From: Gaiellaceae bacterium
GTDB taxonomy: Bacteria > Actinomycetota > Thermoleophilia > Gaiellales > Gaiellaceae
Direction of reading: 5' to 3'
Assembly (NCBI GenBank): GCA_035643535.1
Contig: DASQQF010000147.1
Coordinates: forward strand, 1 to 46,464
Length of the DNA stretch: 46,464 nucleotides
Shown here: piece by piece, positions 1-7,327 of the stretch
How positions within the stretch are numbered: position 1 is the stretch's first letter
Layout of the letters: each line of letters begins with the position of its first letter
Translations under genes and position numbers: made by a program
Notes under the pieces: generated by a model
What the model was told of the DNA's origin: nothing
The model's database searches: none
The model's input: only the letters and a program-made list of their open reading frames with translations

Positions 1-165
1 GAGCTTCGCGCGCCGCACCGCCAGCTCCTGCGCCGAGAGGGTCGCCGTGCGCGAGGTCGCGGCTGCGGCGCCGAGTCGCACGGTGTGAGTCGCCGCGCTG
101 ACCCCGGCGACGGCGGCGCCGCCGAAGAGGAGCGCGATCAGGGTCGAGTGCAGGCGGGCCATCAT
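1..165 (-). CDS. 5' end (55 codons) of an unidentified exported or membrane protein; the gene runs off the left edge
   Basis: Minus-strand ATG-ATG at 165/162 is followed by MMARLHSTLIALLFGGAAVAGVSAATH..., a signal-peptide-like segment. The frame stays open to position 1. It is absent from the ORF track because it is truncated. Confidence 0.3.
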   Translation of the reverse strand, partial: MMARLHSTLIALLFGGAAVAGVSAATHTVRLGAAAATSRTATLSAQELAVRRAKL

Positions 166-272
166 CTTCTCCGGTCTCGTGGAAGGAGGGTTTCGACAGA
201 CAAGGAGGAGATCCGGCGGAGAAACTTGCGCCGCCCGCGCAGGTAATCGGCGGTTTCGGCCTCCTTACCGAT

Positions 273-1160
273 GTGACGACCGCCGCACAGCCCGTGCTGC
301 TCCGCCGCCGCTTCCGCGCCATGGGCACGGAGGTCGAGCTCCTCGTCGACGCTCGCGAGGCGTCGGCGGCGCTGGCCGCCGCGGAGACGGAGTTCCACCG
401 GCTGGAGGCGATCCTCACCCGCTTCCGCCCCGAGTCGGCGCTCTCGCGCCTCAACGCGACCGGCGGTCCGGCGAGCGACCCCGACCTCGTGCGAGTCGTC
501 CGGCTCGCACTCGAGGCGCACGGGCGAACGGACGGCCGCTTCGACCCGACCGTCCACGACGCGCTCGTCGCAGCGGGCTACGACCGCTCGTTCGAGCTCG
601 TCGCCGCCGAGGACGAGGGGCCTCTCTCCATCGCGGCGCCCCGCGTCGCGGGCGCCACGGGAGTCCGCCTCGAGAGCGGCGCCGTGAGGCTCGAGGAGGG
701 CGTCCGGCTCGACCTCGGCGGCATCGGCAAGGGCCACGCGTGCGAACGCGCGGCCGAGATCCTCGCCACCGCAGGACCTTGCCTCGTCAACGCCGGCGGC
801 GACATCGCGACACGGGCGGGCTCGTGGACGGTCGGAATCGAGACGGGCGGCGACCCGCTCGTGCTCGAGCTCTCCGCCGGCAGCGCGCTCGCCACCTCGG
901 GGCGCGACCTCCGCCGCTGGCGGCGCGGCGGTCGAGAGCTCCACCATCTGATCGACCCCCTGACCGGCCTGCCGGCGGAGGGCGACCTGCTGCGCGTGAC
1001 TGCGGTCGCTGCCGACGCCGTCACGGCGGAGGTCGACGCGAAGGCGCTCTTCCTCGCCGGCGATGCGGAGGCCGCCGCTGCCGAGGCCGCCACGCTCGGC
1101 ATCCCCGCTGTGCTCGTCACCGAGAGCGGCCGAACGATCCTCGCCGGCGGGCTCGGATGA
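273..1160 (+). CDS. apbE: FAD:protein FMN transferase (ApbE family)
   Basis: 295-aa ORF with a GTG start. The N-terminus RRRFRAMGTEVELLV and the later LDLGGIGKGHA and TSGRD...HHLIDPLTG stretches are typical of ApbE. No signal peptide or lipobox is visible. Confidence 0.85.
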   Translation: MTTAAQPVLLRRRFRAMGTEVELLVDAREASAALAAAETEFHRLEAILTRFRPESALSRLNATGGPASDPDLVRVVRLALEAHGRTDGRFDPTVHDALVAAGYDRSFELVAAEDEGPLSIAAPRVAGATGVRLESGAVRLEEGVRLDLGGIGKGHACERAAEILATAGPCLVNAGGDIATRAGSWTVGIETGGDPLVLELSAGSALATSGRDLRRWRRGGRELHHLIDPLTGLPAEGDLLRVTAVAADAVTAEVDAKALFLAGDAEAAAAEAATLGIPAVLVTESGRTILAGGLG

Positions 1161-1717
1161 GGAGCGACCCGACCTTCTGGCTCCTCGCACGCGCCGGCGG
1201 GCTCACCGCCTACACGTTGCTGACCGCCTCGGTCCTCGCCGGGCTCGTCCTCAAGGCGCGCCCGCTCGGGCGCGCACTCAGGGCGGGCGCCGTGACCGAC
1301 CTGCACCGCTTCCTCGCGACGCTCGCCCTCGCGGCGCTCGCCGTGCACGGGGTCGCCCTGCTGCTCGACCGCACGGTGCGGATGCCACTCGCCGGGCTTC
1401 TCCTGCCGGGCGCCTCGCCGTACCGGCCGGTCTCGGTCGGGGTCGGCGTCGTCGCCGCCGAGCTGATGGCCGTCGTCGTGGTGTCGTTCTCGGTGCGCCG
1501 CCTGATCGGCCGGCGGAGGTGGCGGCGGCTGCACTGGACGACGTACCTCCTCTTCGTCCTCGCGACCGTCCACGGTCTGCTCGCCGGTAGCGACTCGGCG
1601 CAGCCGTGGGCGCGCGACCTCTACCTCGGCGCCGTCGGCGCGGTCGCGTTCGCCACGGCCTGGCGCGCCGCGTACCGCCCCGCCCGCCCCGTCCCCGCAA
1701 CGAGAAGGAGTGCGTGA
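1157..1717 (+). CDS. Ferric-reductase-like (MsrQ-like) transmembrane heme-binding protein
   Basis: ATG at 1157 overlaps the apbE stop (ATGA). The 186-aa hydrophobic product (MRSDPTFWLLARAGGLTAYTLL...) has four histidines in predicted helices (LHRF, AVHG, RLHW, TVHG). This is the C-terminal part of track ORF 179..1717. Confidence 0.7.
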   Translation: MRSDPTFWLLARAGGLTAYTLLTASVLAGLVLKARPLGRALRAGAVTDLHRFLATLALAALAVHGVALLLDRTVRMPLAGLLLPGASPYRPVSVGVGVVAAELMAVVVVSFSVRRLIGRRRWRRLHWTTYLLFVLATVHGLLAGSDSAQPWARDLYLGAVGAVAFATAWRAAYRPARPVPATRRSA

Positions 1718-1914
1718 TGTACCGGATCGTGATCGACGGCTCGCTCTGCAGCGGCTTCGGCGACTGCGCCGACCTCGCCCCCGACGTCTTCGCGCTCGAC
1801 GCGCAGGGAAAGGCGCTGCTTCGCGTCGGAACGAGCGCCGACGCGGCCGTGCTCGAAGCAGCGAGCGCGTGCCCGATGGACGCGATCAGCGTGGTCGAGG
1901 AGGACGCCGCCTAG
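1717..1914 (+). CDS. Small ferredoxin (single Fe-S cluster type)
   Basis: ATG at 1717 shares 1 nt with the upstream TGA (1715-1717). The 65-aa product MYRIVIDGSLCSGFGDCADLAPDVF...ACPMDAI carries the CxxGxGxC...CP ferredoxin pattern. Confidence 0.75.
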   Translation: MYRIVIDGSLCSGFGDCADLAPDVFALDAQGKALLRVGTSADAAVLEAASACPMDAISVVEEDAA

Positions 1915-1943
1915 CGAGCGTGGCCGGGAGCGACGACACGCCC

Positions 1944-2807
1944 TCAGGCATCGTCGCGGAACCAGAAGACGGCGACCGTGCCTGGCCCGGTGTGCGTCCC
2001 GATCACGGCGCCGAGCTCGACCACGAGCTCGAGCTCCGCCTGTGGCCGCCGCCCGCGAACGAGCCGCTCGAGCTCGGCCGCCCGCTCCGCCGCCGCGCCG
2101 TGCGCGAGCGCGAAGCGCCAGCCGGGCTCGTCGTCCGTCCCGGCCGCGAGACCGTCGACGAGCTCTGCGAGCGAGCGCTGCCGGCCGCGCACCCGCTTCA
2201 CCGGTACGACCTCGCCGTCGACGATCGAGAGGATCGGCTTGACGTCGAGCAGCGTCCCCGCGAACGCGCGGGCCTTGCCGATCCTGCCGCCGCGCAGGAG
2301 GAACTCGAGCGTCTCCACGGTGAAGAGGAGGCCGCGTTCGCGCCGGTAGCGCTCGACCAGTGCGTCGACCTCCTCGTCGCTCGTGCCGCGGCCGAGCCGC
2401 CGCTGGATCCCGAGCGCGAGCATCGCGATCGAGGCCGACGCGGTCTGGGAGTCGACCGCCCGCACCCGCCCGTCGCCCAGCTCGGCCGCCGCGGCCTCCG
2501 CGCTCGCGAGCGTGCCGGAGACGCGACCCGAGACGTGGAGCGAGAAGATCCGCTCGTAGCCGGCGAGCGCGCGGTAGCACTCGAGGAACTCGGCCGGCGT
2601 CGGCTGCGAGGTCGCGGGCGGCTCGGCCGCGTCGCGCAGCCGCGCGTAGAAGGCGTGCCCGTCGAGGTCGACGCCGTCGCGGAAGGTCTCGTCGCCGAAG
2701 CGGACGCGGAGCGGGACGACGCGCCAGTTCGGGAACCGCTCGGCCGCGTCGGGCAGGTCGGCGGTCGAGTCGAGCACGATCGCCGTGTTCTCCGGCGTCA
2801 ACCTCAC
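1944..2807 (-). CDS. DegV family fatty-acid-binding protein (FakB-like)
   Basis: 287 aa. The N-terminus TAIVLDSTADLP, the later FSLHVSGRVSGT and the C-terminal IGTHTGPGTVAVF are typical DegV signatures. The GTG start overlaps the upstream stop (GTGA). Confidence 0.85.
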   Translation of the reverse strand: MRLTPENTAIVLDSTADLPDAAERFPNWRVVPLRVRFGDETFRDGVDLDGHAFYARLRDAAEPPATSQPTPAEFLECYRALAGYERIFSLHVSGRVSGTLASAEAAAAELGDGRVRAVDSQTASASIAMLALGIQRRLGRGTSDEEVDALVERYRRERGLLFTVETLEFLLRGGRIGKARAFAGTLLDVKPILSIVDGEVVPVKRVRGRQRSLAELVDGLAAGTDDEPGWRFALAHGAAAERAAELERLVRGRRPQAELELVVELGAVIGTHTGPGTVAVFWFRDDA

Positions 2808-3178
2808 GCTGCGGCCGCGGCCTGCTGGACCGCGGCGATGATCGCGTCGAGCTCCTGGTCCTTCGTCAGGCAGGCCACGGCTCCGGCCCCGAGCAGCGCC
2901 TCGCGCTCACGCTCGTTCGCCGAGGCGGTCAGGCCGACGACGGCGACGCCGGGGACGGCGGCCGAGAGCGCCTCGGTCGCCTGGACGCCGTCGAGCCCGG
3001 GCAGGCGGTAGTCCATGAGGACCACGTCGGGGCGGTGCTCCTCGGCGGCCCTGACCGCCGCGGCGCCGTCGCCGACCGAGGCGACGACCTCGACGTCGTC
3101 CCGCATCCCGAGCAGCAGCTCGAGAGCCTCGCGAAAGACCTCGTTGTCCTCGACGAGCACGATCCGCACCGGCCGCAT
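2804..3178 (-). CDS. Stand-alone response-regulator receiver domain (NarL/FixJ-like REC, no output domain)
   Basis: 124 aa: IVLVEDNEVFREAL, DVVLMDYRLPGLDG (phospho-acceptor Asp context), VVGLTAS, ACLTKD (conserved Lys). The protein ends after the receiver fold. Confidence 0.85.
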   Translation of the reverse strand: MRPVRIVLVEDNEVFREALELLLGMRDDVEVVASVGDGAAAVRAAEEHRPDVVLMDYRLPGLDGVQATEALSAAVPGVAVVGLTASANEREREALLGAGAVACLTKDQELDAIIAAVQQAAAAA

Positions 3179-3187
3179 CGGCCAACC

Positions 3188-4798
3188 CTATTCCGCCGCG
3201 AGGAGCAGCGGGTAGTGCGGCTGCCCGCCCTCGTGCACCTCGACTTCGAGCTCGGGGTGGGCGGCGCGGATTCGCTCGACGAGCTCGCCGAGCGGCGGTG
3301 CGTCGGCCCCGGTGAGGAGAGTCAGGAGCGAGCCGCCGCCGAGACGGAGCCGCGCGACCACCGCGAGCGCGACCTCTTCGAGCTGGGGGCCGCCGGCGAC
3401 CACCTCGCCGCCGACGAGGCCGAGCCAGTCGCCGCGGTGCACGGTGACCCCGCCCACCGCCGCGTGGCGAGACGCCACCGTCACCTCCGCCGTCGTGACC
3501 GCAGAGGCCGCCTCGCCCATCTCCGCCGCGTTCTCCGCGGCCGAGCGCGCGCCGTCGAAGCGAACGAGCGCGACGAGCCCCTCCTGCATCGAGTCGGCGG
3601 CGACGACCTCGACCGGCCGGTCGGCGTGCAGGGCGGCCTGCTCGGCGGCCAGCCGCACGTTCGGGTTGTTCGGGAGCAGGATCGCCTCGTCCGCGTCGAG
3701 CTCCTGCACCGCCGCCACGAGCTCGGCCGTCGCCGGGTTCATGCTCTGCCCGCCCTCGACGATCCGGATCGGCCCCACCGGCTCGGCGAGACTCTCGAAG
3801 AGGCGCCGGTTCCCGTCGCCGGCGACGACCGCGACGACGCCGCTCCGGCTGCTCGGCGCCGAGACGAGGGAGAGGCGCCGCTCCCGCCGCTCCTGTTGCT
3901 CGTGCATGTTCGCGATCTCGACCCCGTCGATCCTCCCGGCTCGCGTTCCGAGCGAGAGCGCCGCGCCCGGATCGTCGGTATGGACGTGCACCTTGAGCGC
4001 GGCGGCGTCGCCCACGACGAGGAGCGAGTCGCCGAGGGAGTCGAGCTCGGCTTCGAGGCCGGCGCGGTCGAGGTCCTCCCCCTCGACGAGGAAGACGGTG
4101 CAGTAGCGGTAGCGTGACGGCTCGAGATGCACCGATTCGATGGTGCGGAGCCGATCGGCGACGGCGTGCTCGGGAACCGGCTCGCCGGCGACCGTGGCCG
4201 CGATCCCGCGCAGGAGCTCGACGAGCCCGGCGCCTCCCGCGTCGACCACGCCCGCCTCGCGCAGGACGGCGAGCTGCTCGGGTGTGCGCGCCACCGCCTC
4301 CTCGCCGCGGCGGACGAGCTCGACGAGGAGGCCGCCGACCGAAGCTCCGGCCTCGGCGCGGAGCTCCGCCTCGTCCGCGAGCTCGCGCACGACGGTCAGC
4401 ATCGTCCCCTCCACCGGCCGCCGCACCGCCCGGTAGGCCGCATCGGACGCACCCCGTAGCGCCCGCGCCGTGAGCTGCGGGTCGATGCCGTCGGGCGCCC
4501 CGGCGAGCACGTCGGCGGCACCGCGCACGATCTGGGAGAGGATGACTCCCGAGTTGCCGCGTGCGCCCATCAGGGCCGCGCGGGCGACCTCGTGGCCGAG
4601 CGTCGGGCGATCCTCCGCCCGTGAGCCGTCGACCGCCTCGGCGACGGCCCGCACCGTGAGCGTGAGGTTCGTCCCGGTGTCGCCGTCGGGAACGGGATAG
4701 ACGTTGAGGTCGTCGATCCGCGCGCGGCTCGCCTCGAGCGACGCGAGGGCGGCGCGGACGAGGCCGCGGACGCGCTCGAGGTCCGCCGTCTCGCTCAC
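3188..4798 (-). CDS. DAK2-domain protein of the YloV/FakA (fatty acid kinase) type
   Basis: GTG at 4798 overlaps the Asp23 stop (GTGA). The product starts VSETADLERVRG...DDLNVYPVPDGDTGTNLTLTV (Dak2/DhaL phosphate-binding motif). At about 536 aa it matches YloV-type length. The upstream part of track ORF 3188..5050 is Arg-rich junk. Confidence 0.85.
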   Translation of the reverse strand: MSETADLERVRGLVRAALASLEASRARIDDLNVYPVPDGDTGTNLTLTVRAVAEAVDGSRAEDRPTLGHEVARAALMGARGNSGVILSQIVRGAADVLAGAPDGIDPQLTARALRGASDAAYRAVRRPVEGTMLTVVRELADEAELRAEAGASVGGLLVELVRRGEEAVARTPEQLAVLREAGVVDAGGAGLVELLRGIAATVAGEPVPEHAVADRLRTIESVHLEPSRYRYCTVFLVEGEDLDRAGLEAELDSLGDSLLVVGDAAALKVHVHTDDPGAALSLGTRAGRIDGVEIANMHEQQERRERRLSLVSAPSSRSGVVAVVAGDGNRRLFESLAEPVGPIRIVEGGQSMNPATAELVAAVQELDADEAILLPNNPNVRLAAEQAALHADRPVEVVAADSMQEGLVALVRFDGARSAAENAAEMGEAASAVTTAEVTVASRHAAVGGVTVHRGDWLGLVGGEVVAGGPQLEEVALAVVARLRLGGGSLLTLLTGADAPPLGELVERIRAAHPELEVEVHEGGQPHYPLLLAAE

Positions 4799-5142
4799 GG
4801 CCCGGCCGGCCGCACGTCGTCGACGTGGACCTCGATCGCGCGTACCGGGAGCCCGGCCAGGCGCTCGACCTCGTACGCGACCCGGTTGCGCACGGTCGAC
4901 GCGACCTCGGCGAGGTTGAGCCCGTACGCGACGACGACGTGGAGATCGATCGTCACGTCGTCGCCGTCGCGGCTGATCTCGATCCCGCGCGTGCTGCGGC
5001 GCGCGAGCCGTCCGCGCAGCGGCGCCTTCATCCCGACGACGCCGTAGCACTCGAGCGCCGTCTCGGCGACGATCTGCGCGATCGCCTCGCTCGCGATCGT
5101 GATCCGGCCCAGCGGCGAGGAAAGCGCCTGTCCCGCCTCCAT
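4795..5142 (-). CDS. Asp23/Gls24 family envelope-stress protein
   Basis: ATG at 5142. The 115-aa product MEAGQALSSPLGRITIASEAIAQIVAETALECYGVVGM...VHVDDV is typical Asp23. It sits directly upstream of the DAK2 gene, like the yloU-yloV pair of Firmicutes. Confidence 0.85.
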   Translation of the reverse strand: MEAGQALSSPLGRITIASEAIAQIVAETALECYGVVGMKAPLRGRLARRSTRGIEISRDGDDVTIDLHVVVAYGLNLAEVASTVRNRVAYEVERLAGLPVRAIEVHVDDVRPAGP

Positions 5143-5195
5143 CGTCGGTATTCGACCGCGCGGCGCCCAGGGCGGTTGCGTCCTATGCTCCGGCG

Positions 5196-5654
5196 ATGGC
5201 CGGCGAGTCCGATGAGGGCGAGTCGGGAGAGGACGTCTTCGCGGAGCTGCCGGAGATCGGGGACGGGATCCGGGGCAAGCGCCTCGTGCGCGAGGAGGGC
5301 CGGCCGCTCGCGGCCGCGGTGTGGGAGCTGCCGCCGGGCTCGAGCGGCGTTCCGTACCACTTCCACCACGGCACGGAGGAGTATCTGATCGTGCTCCGGG
5401 GGACGGCGACGCTGCGCACGCCGCAAGGCGAGCGCGAGCTGTCGGCGGGGTCGGTCGCACACTTCTCCCCCGGCCGCGAGGGGGCGCACACCGTCATGAA
5501 CCGCGGTGACGAGCCCGTGCGCTACGTGATGGTCGGCGCGCACACCTCGCCGGACATCGTCGAGTACCTCGACGAGGGCACGTTCGCCGCGGTGGCGAAG
5601 ACGCTCTCGCAGCGCGGCGAGCCGTTCTTCGTCCGGCAGGAGCTGCCGGACTAG
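5196..5654 (+). CDS. Cupin domain protein
   Basis: 152 aa with PYHFHHGTEEYLIVLRGTATL and GSVAHFSPGREGAHTVMN (cupin motifs 1 and 2). Confidence 0.7.
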   Translation: MAGESDEGESGEDVFAELPEIGDGIRGKRLVREEGRPLAAAVWELPPGSSGVPYHFHHGTEEYLIVLRGTATLRTPQGERELSAGSVAHFSPGREGAHTVMNRGDEPVRYVMVGAHTSPDIVEYLDEGTFAAVAKTLSQRGEPFFVRQELPD

Positions 5655-6277
5655 GCTCGGGCCGCGAGCAGCTGCGCCCAGGGCTCGCGCCACGCGATTC
5701 TCGCGTCGCGGAGCCCCGCTGCGCGGGCGAGCTCGACAAGCTCCCTGTCGGCGTGAAAATGCCCGCGGGTCGCGAGCGGATACGGCGCCGCATCGGTTCC
5801 CCTCGCCTCGGGCGCGGTCGTCATCACGGCGATCCTCCCCCGGTCCGGATCGAGCACGCGCCGCATCTCGCGTAGCGCAGCGACGGGATCGGGGAAGAAG
5901 AAGAACGCGACGAGACAGGAGACGGCGGTGAACTCGCCGTCGGCGAAGGGCATCGCGGCGGCGTCGGCTTCGGCGACTCGCAGCCCGGGGCTCTTGCCAC
6001 GGGTGAGGCGCACCATGGCGCGGCTGTGGTCGAGACCGGCGGCGTCGCAGCCGACGGTCGCGAGCACGTGGCGCAGGAAGGCGCCGCCGCCGCAGCCGAC
6101 GTCGAGCAGCCGGTCCGAGGGAGCGAGCGCGAGGGCTTCCAGCGCCGGCTGCCACAGGAACGCGTGCGCGTCGTCGGCGCCGTACGTCGCGCGTGCCCGT
6201 CGGCCATGCGGGCGACGCGCCATCCGGTCGGTCTTGCGGTCGATCCGCCACTCGCGCAGGCGTGCGACGGCGCCCAC
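5651..6277 (-). CDS. Class I SAM-dependent methyltransferase
   Basis: 208 aa with LLDVGCGGGAFL (motif I) and an acidic loop LDHS. It lies 11 nt downstream of rpmB on the same strand. The start could instead be the internal Met at about 6223. Confidence 0.75.
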   Translation of the reverse strand: MGAVARLREWRIDRKTDRMARRPHGRRARATYGADDAHAFLWQPALEALALAPSDRLLDVGCGGGAFLRHVLATVGCDAAGLDHSRAMVRLTRGKSPGLRVAEADAAAMPFADGEFTAVSCLVAFFFFPDPVAALREMRRVLDPDRGRIAVMTTAPEARGTDAAPYPLATRGHFHADRELVELARAAGLRDARIAWREPWAQLLAARA

Positions 6278-6288
6278 GGCGAACCGTC

Positions 6289-6480
6289 CTAGAGCGCCTT
6301 CTGGACCTTGCCGGCCTTGAGGCAGCGCGTGCAGACGTACGCCCGCGTCGGCTTGCCGCCGAGGAGGACGCGGACGCGCTGGAGGTTCGGGTCGAAGCGC
6401 CGCTTGGTCGCCACCATCGAGTGGCTGCGGTGGTGGCCGAAACCGGGCTTCTTGCCGCAGATCGCGCAGACCTTGGACAT
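6289..6480 (-). CDS. rpmB: 50S ribosomal protein L28
   Basis: 63 aa: [38 protein letters not shown].... ATG at 6480. The rest of track ORF 6289..7104 is upstream read-through. Confidence 0.95.
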   Translation of the reverse strand: MSKVCAICGKKPGFGHHRSHSMVATKRRFDPNLQRVRVLLGGKPTRAYVCTRCLKAGKVQKAL

Positions 6481-6510
6481 CGGCGCCGCACGATAGCCGA
6501 ACGGAAGCCC

Positions 6511-6556
6511 CCGCCGTGCCGTCGGCACGCCGACGGCAAGCCGACGGCAGGTTACG
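6511..6556 (-). repeat. Copy A of a 46-nt conserved intergenic element (three 11-nt phased units, hairpin-forming), 30 nt upstream of rpmB
   Basis: 42/46 identity to 25608..25653 in the same orientation. Minus-strand reading: CGTAACCTGCCGTCGGCTTGCCGTCGGCGTGCCGACGGCACGGCGG. Confidence 0.7.
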
Positions 6557-6601
6557 AGTGTGAGACGCGAGAAGGCCGGTCCGCGCCCAGCGCCGACGGG
6601 C

Positions 6602-7327
6602 TCAGCCCGCCACCTTCGCCTGCTCGCGGAGGCCCGCGAAGAGGTCGGCCATCTCGAGCGCGGCGCGAGCCGCCTCGGCACCCTTCCCGGTCCGGGCCCG
6701 CGCCTGCTCGAGCGTGTCGGCGGTGAGCACGCCGAAGGCGACCGGGACTCCCGTCTCGAGCGCTGCAAGCTGGATCCCGGAGGCAGCCTCGCCCGCGACG
6801 TAGTCGAAATGCGGCGTCTCGCCGCGGATGACGCAGCCGAGGGCGACGACGCAGGCGTAGCGGCGCGTCTTCGCGAGCGCCATCGCGCCCAGCGGCAGCT
6901 CGAACGCCCCCGGCACCGGTACGACGGTCGTCCGCTCGGGTGAGACCCCGGCACCGGCGAGGGCGGAGAGCGCAGACTGGAGCAGCGCGTTCGTGATCTC
7001 CCCGTTGAAGCGCGACACGACCACGCCGACGGAGCGGCCCGCGCCCGAAGGACCGCCCTCGAGGACGGCGACGCCGTCGGGGACCTCGAGCTCGTCCGGC
7101 GCATGCTCGCGTGCCGCGACAGGCTCGGGCTTCTCGCGCTCGGCTTCCGCCGGCGCGGCCTCGTCCGCCTCGTCGCGCGCGGGTTCGTCCGCCTCGGCAG
7201 GCTCCGGTCCGGCAGGTTCCGCGTCCGGCTCCACCGCCCGCACCGGGGCCTCCTTCGGTTCCTCCTCGTCGCCGTCTTCCTCGTCGACCACGGGCTGCTC
7301 GCCCGGCCAAAAGCCTCCGTCGCTCAC
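6602..7327 (-). CDS. ribH: 6,7-dimethyl-8-ribityllumazine synthase with a long acidic N-terminal extension
   Basis: The core [16 protein letters not shown]...VPGAFELP...[14 protein letters not shown] is canonical RibH. It is preceded by about 85 aa rich in E/P/A/D. GTG at 7327 overlaps the ribBA stop (GTGA). An alternative GTG at 7243 is preceded by AAGGAGG. Confidence 0.9.
   Translation of the reverse strand: MSDGGFWPGEQPVVDEEDGDEEEPKEAPVRAVEPDAEPAGPEPAEADEPARDEADEAAPAEAEREKPEPVAAREHAPDELEVPDGVAVLEGGPSGAGRSVGVVVSRFNGEITNALLQSALSALAGAGVSPERTTVVPVPGAFELPLGAMALAKTRRYACVVALGCVIRGETPHFDYVAGEAASGIQLAALETGVPVAFGVLTADTLEQARARTGKGAEAARAALEMADLFAGLREQAKVAG

Noticed and set aside
162-1190. 342-aa minus-strand ORF, together with the N-terminal 326 codons of plus ORF 179..1717.
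   Set aside because: These are shadow frames over apbE. Only the C-terminal 186 codons of 179..1717 (from ATG 1157) have membrane-protein character.
4799-5050. Upstream extensions of several track ORFs: 3188..5050, 4795..5460, 10103..12094, 10807..12339, 12344..14170, 17557..18921, 18342..20228, 24235..25797 and 27005..28381.
   Set aside because: The extensions are Arg-rich junk that overlaps the upstream gene. Internal ATG/GTG starts placed at 4-nt overlaps or short gaps give canonical N-termini.
6591-6598. Additional isolated GCCGACGG / CCGTCGGC 8-mers, for example near the ribH stop, inside ribH at about 7025 and inside the permease gene at about 18105.
   Set aside because: Single 8-mers of this composition are expected several times by chance in 46 kb of DNA at over 70% GC. 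Only the two 46-nt copies are significant.
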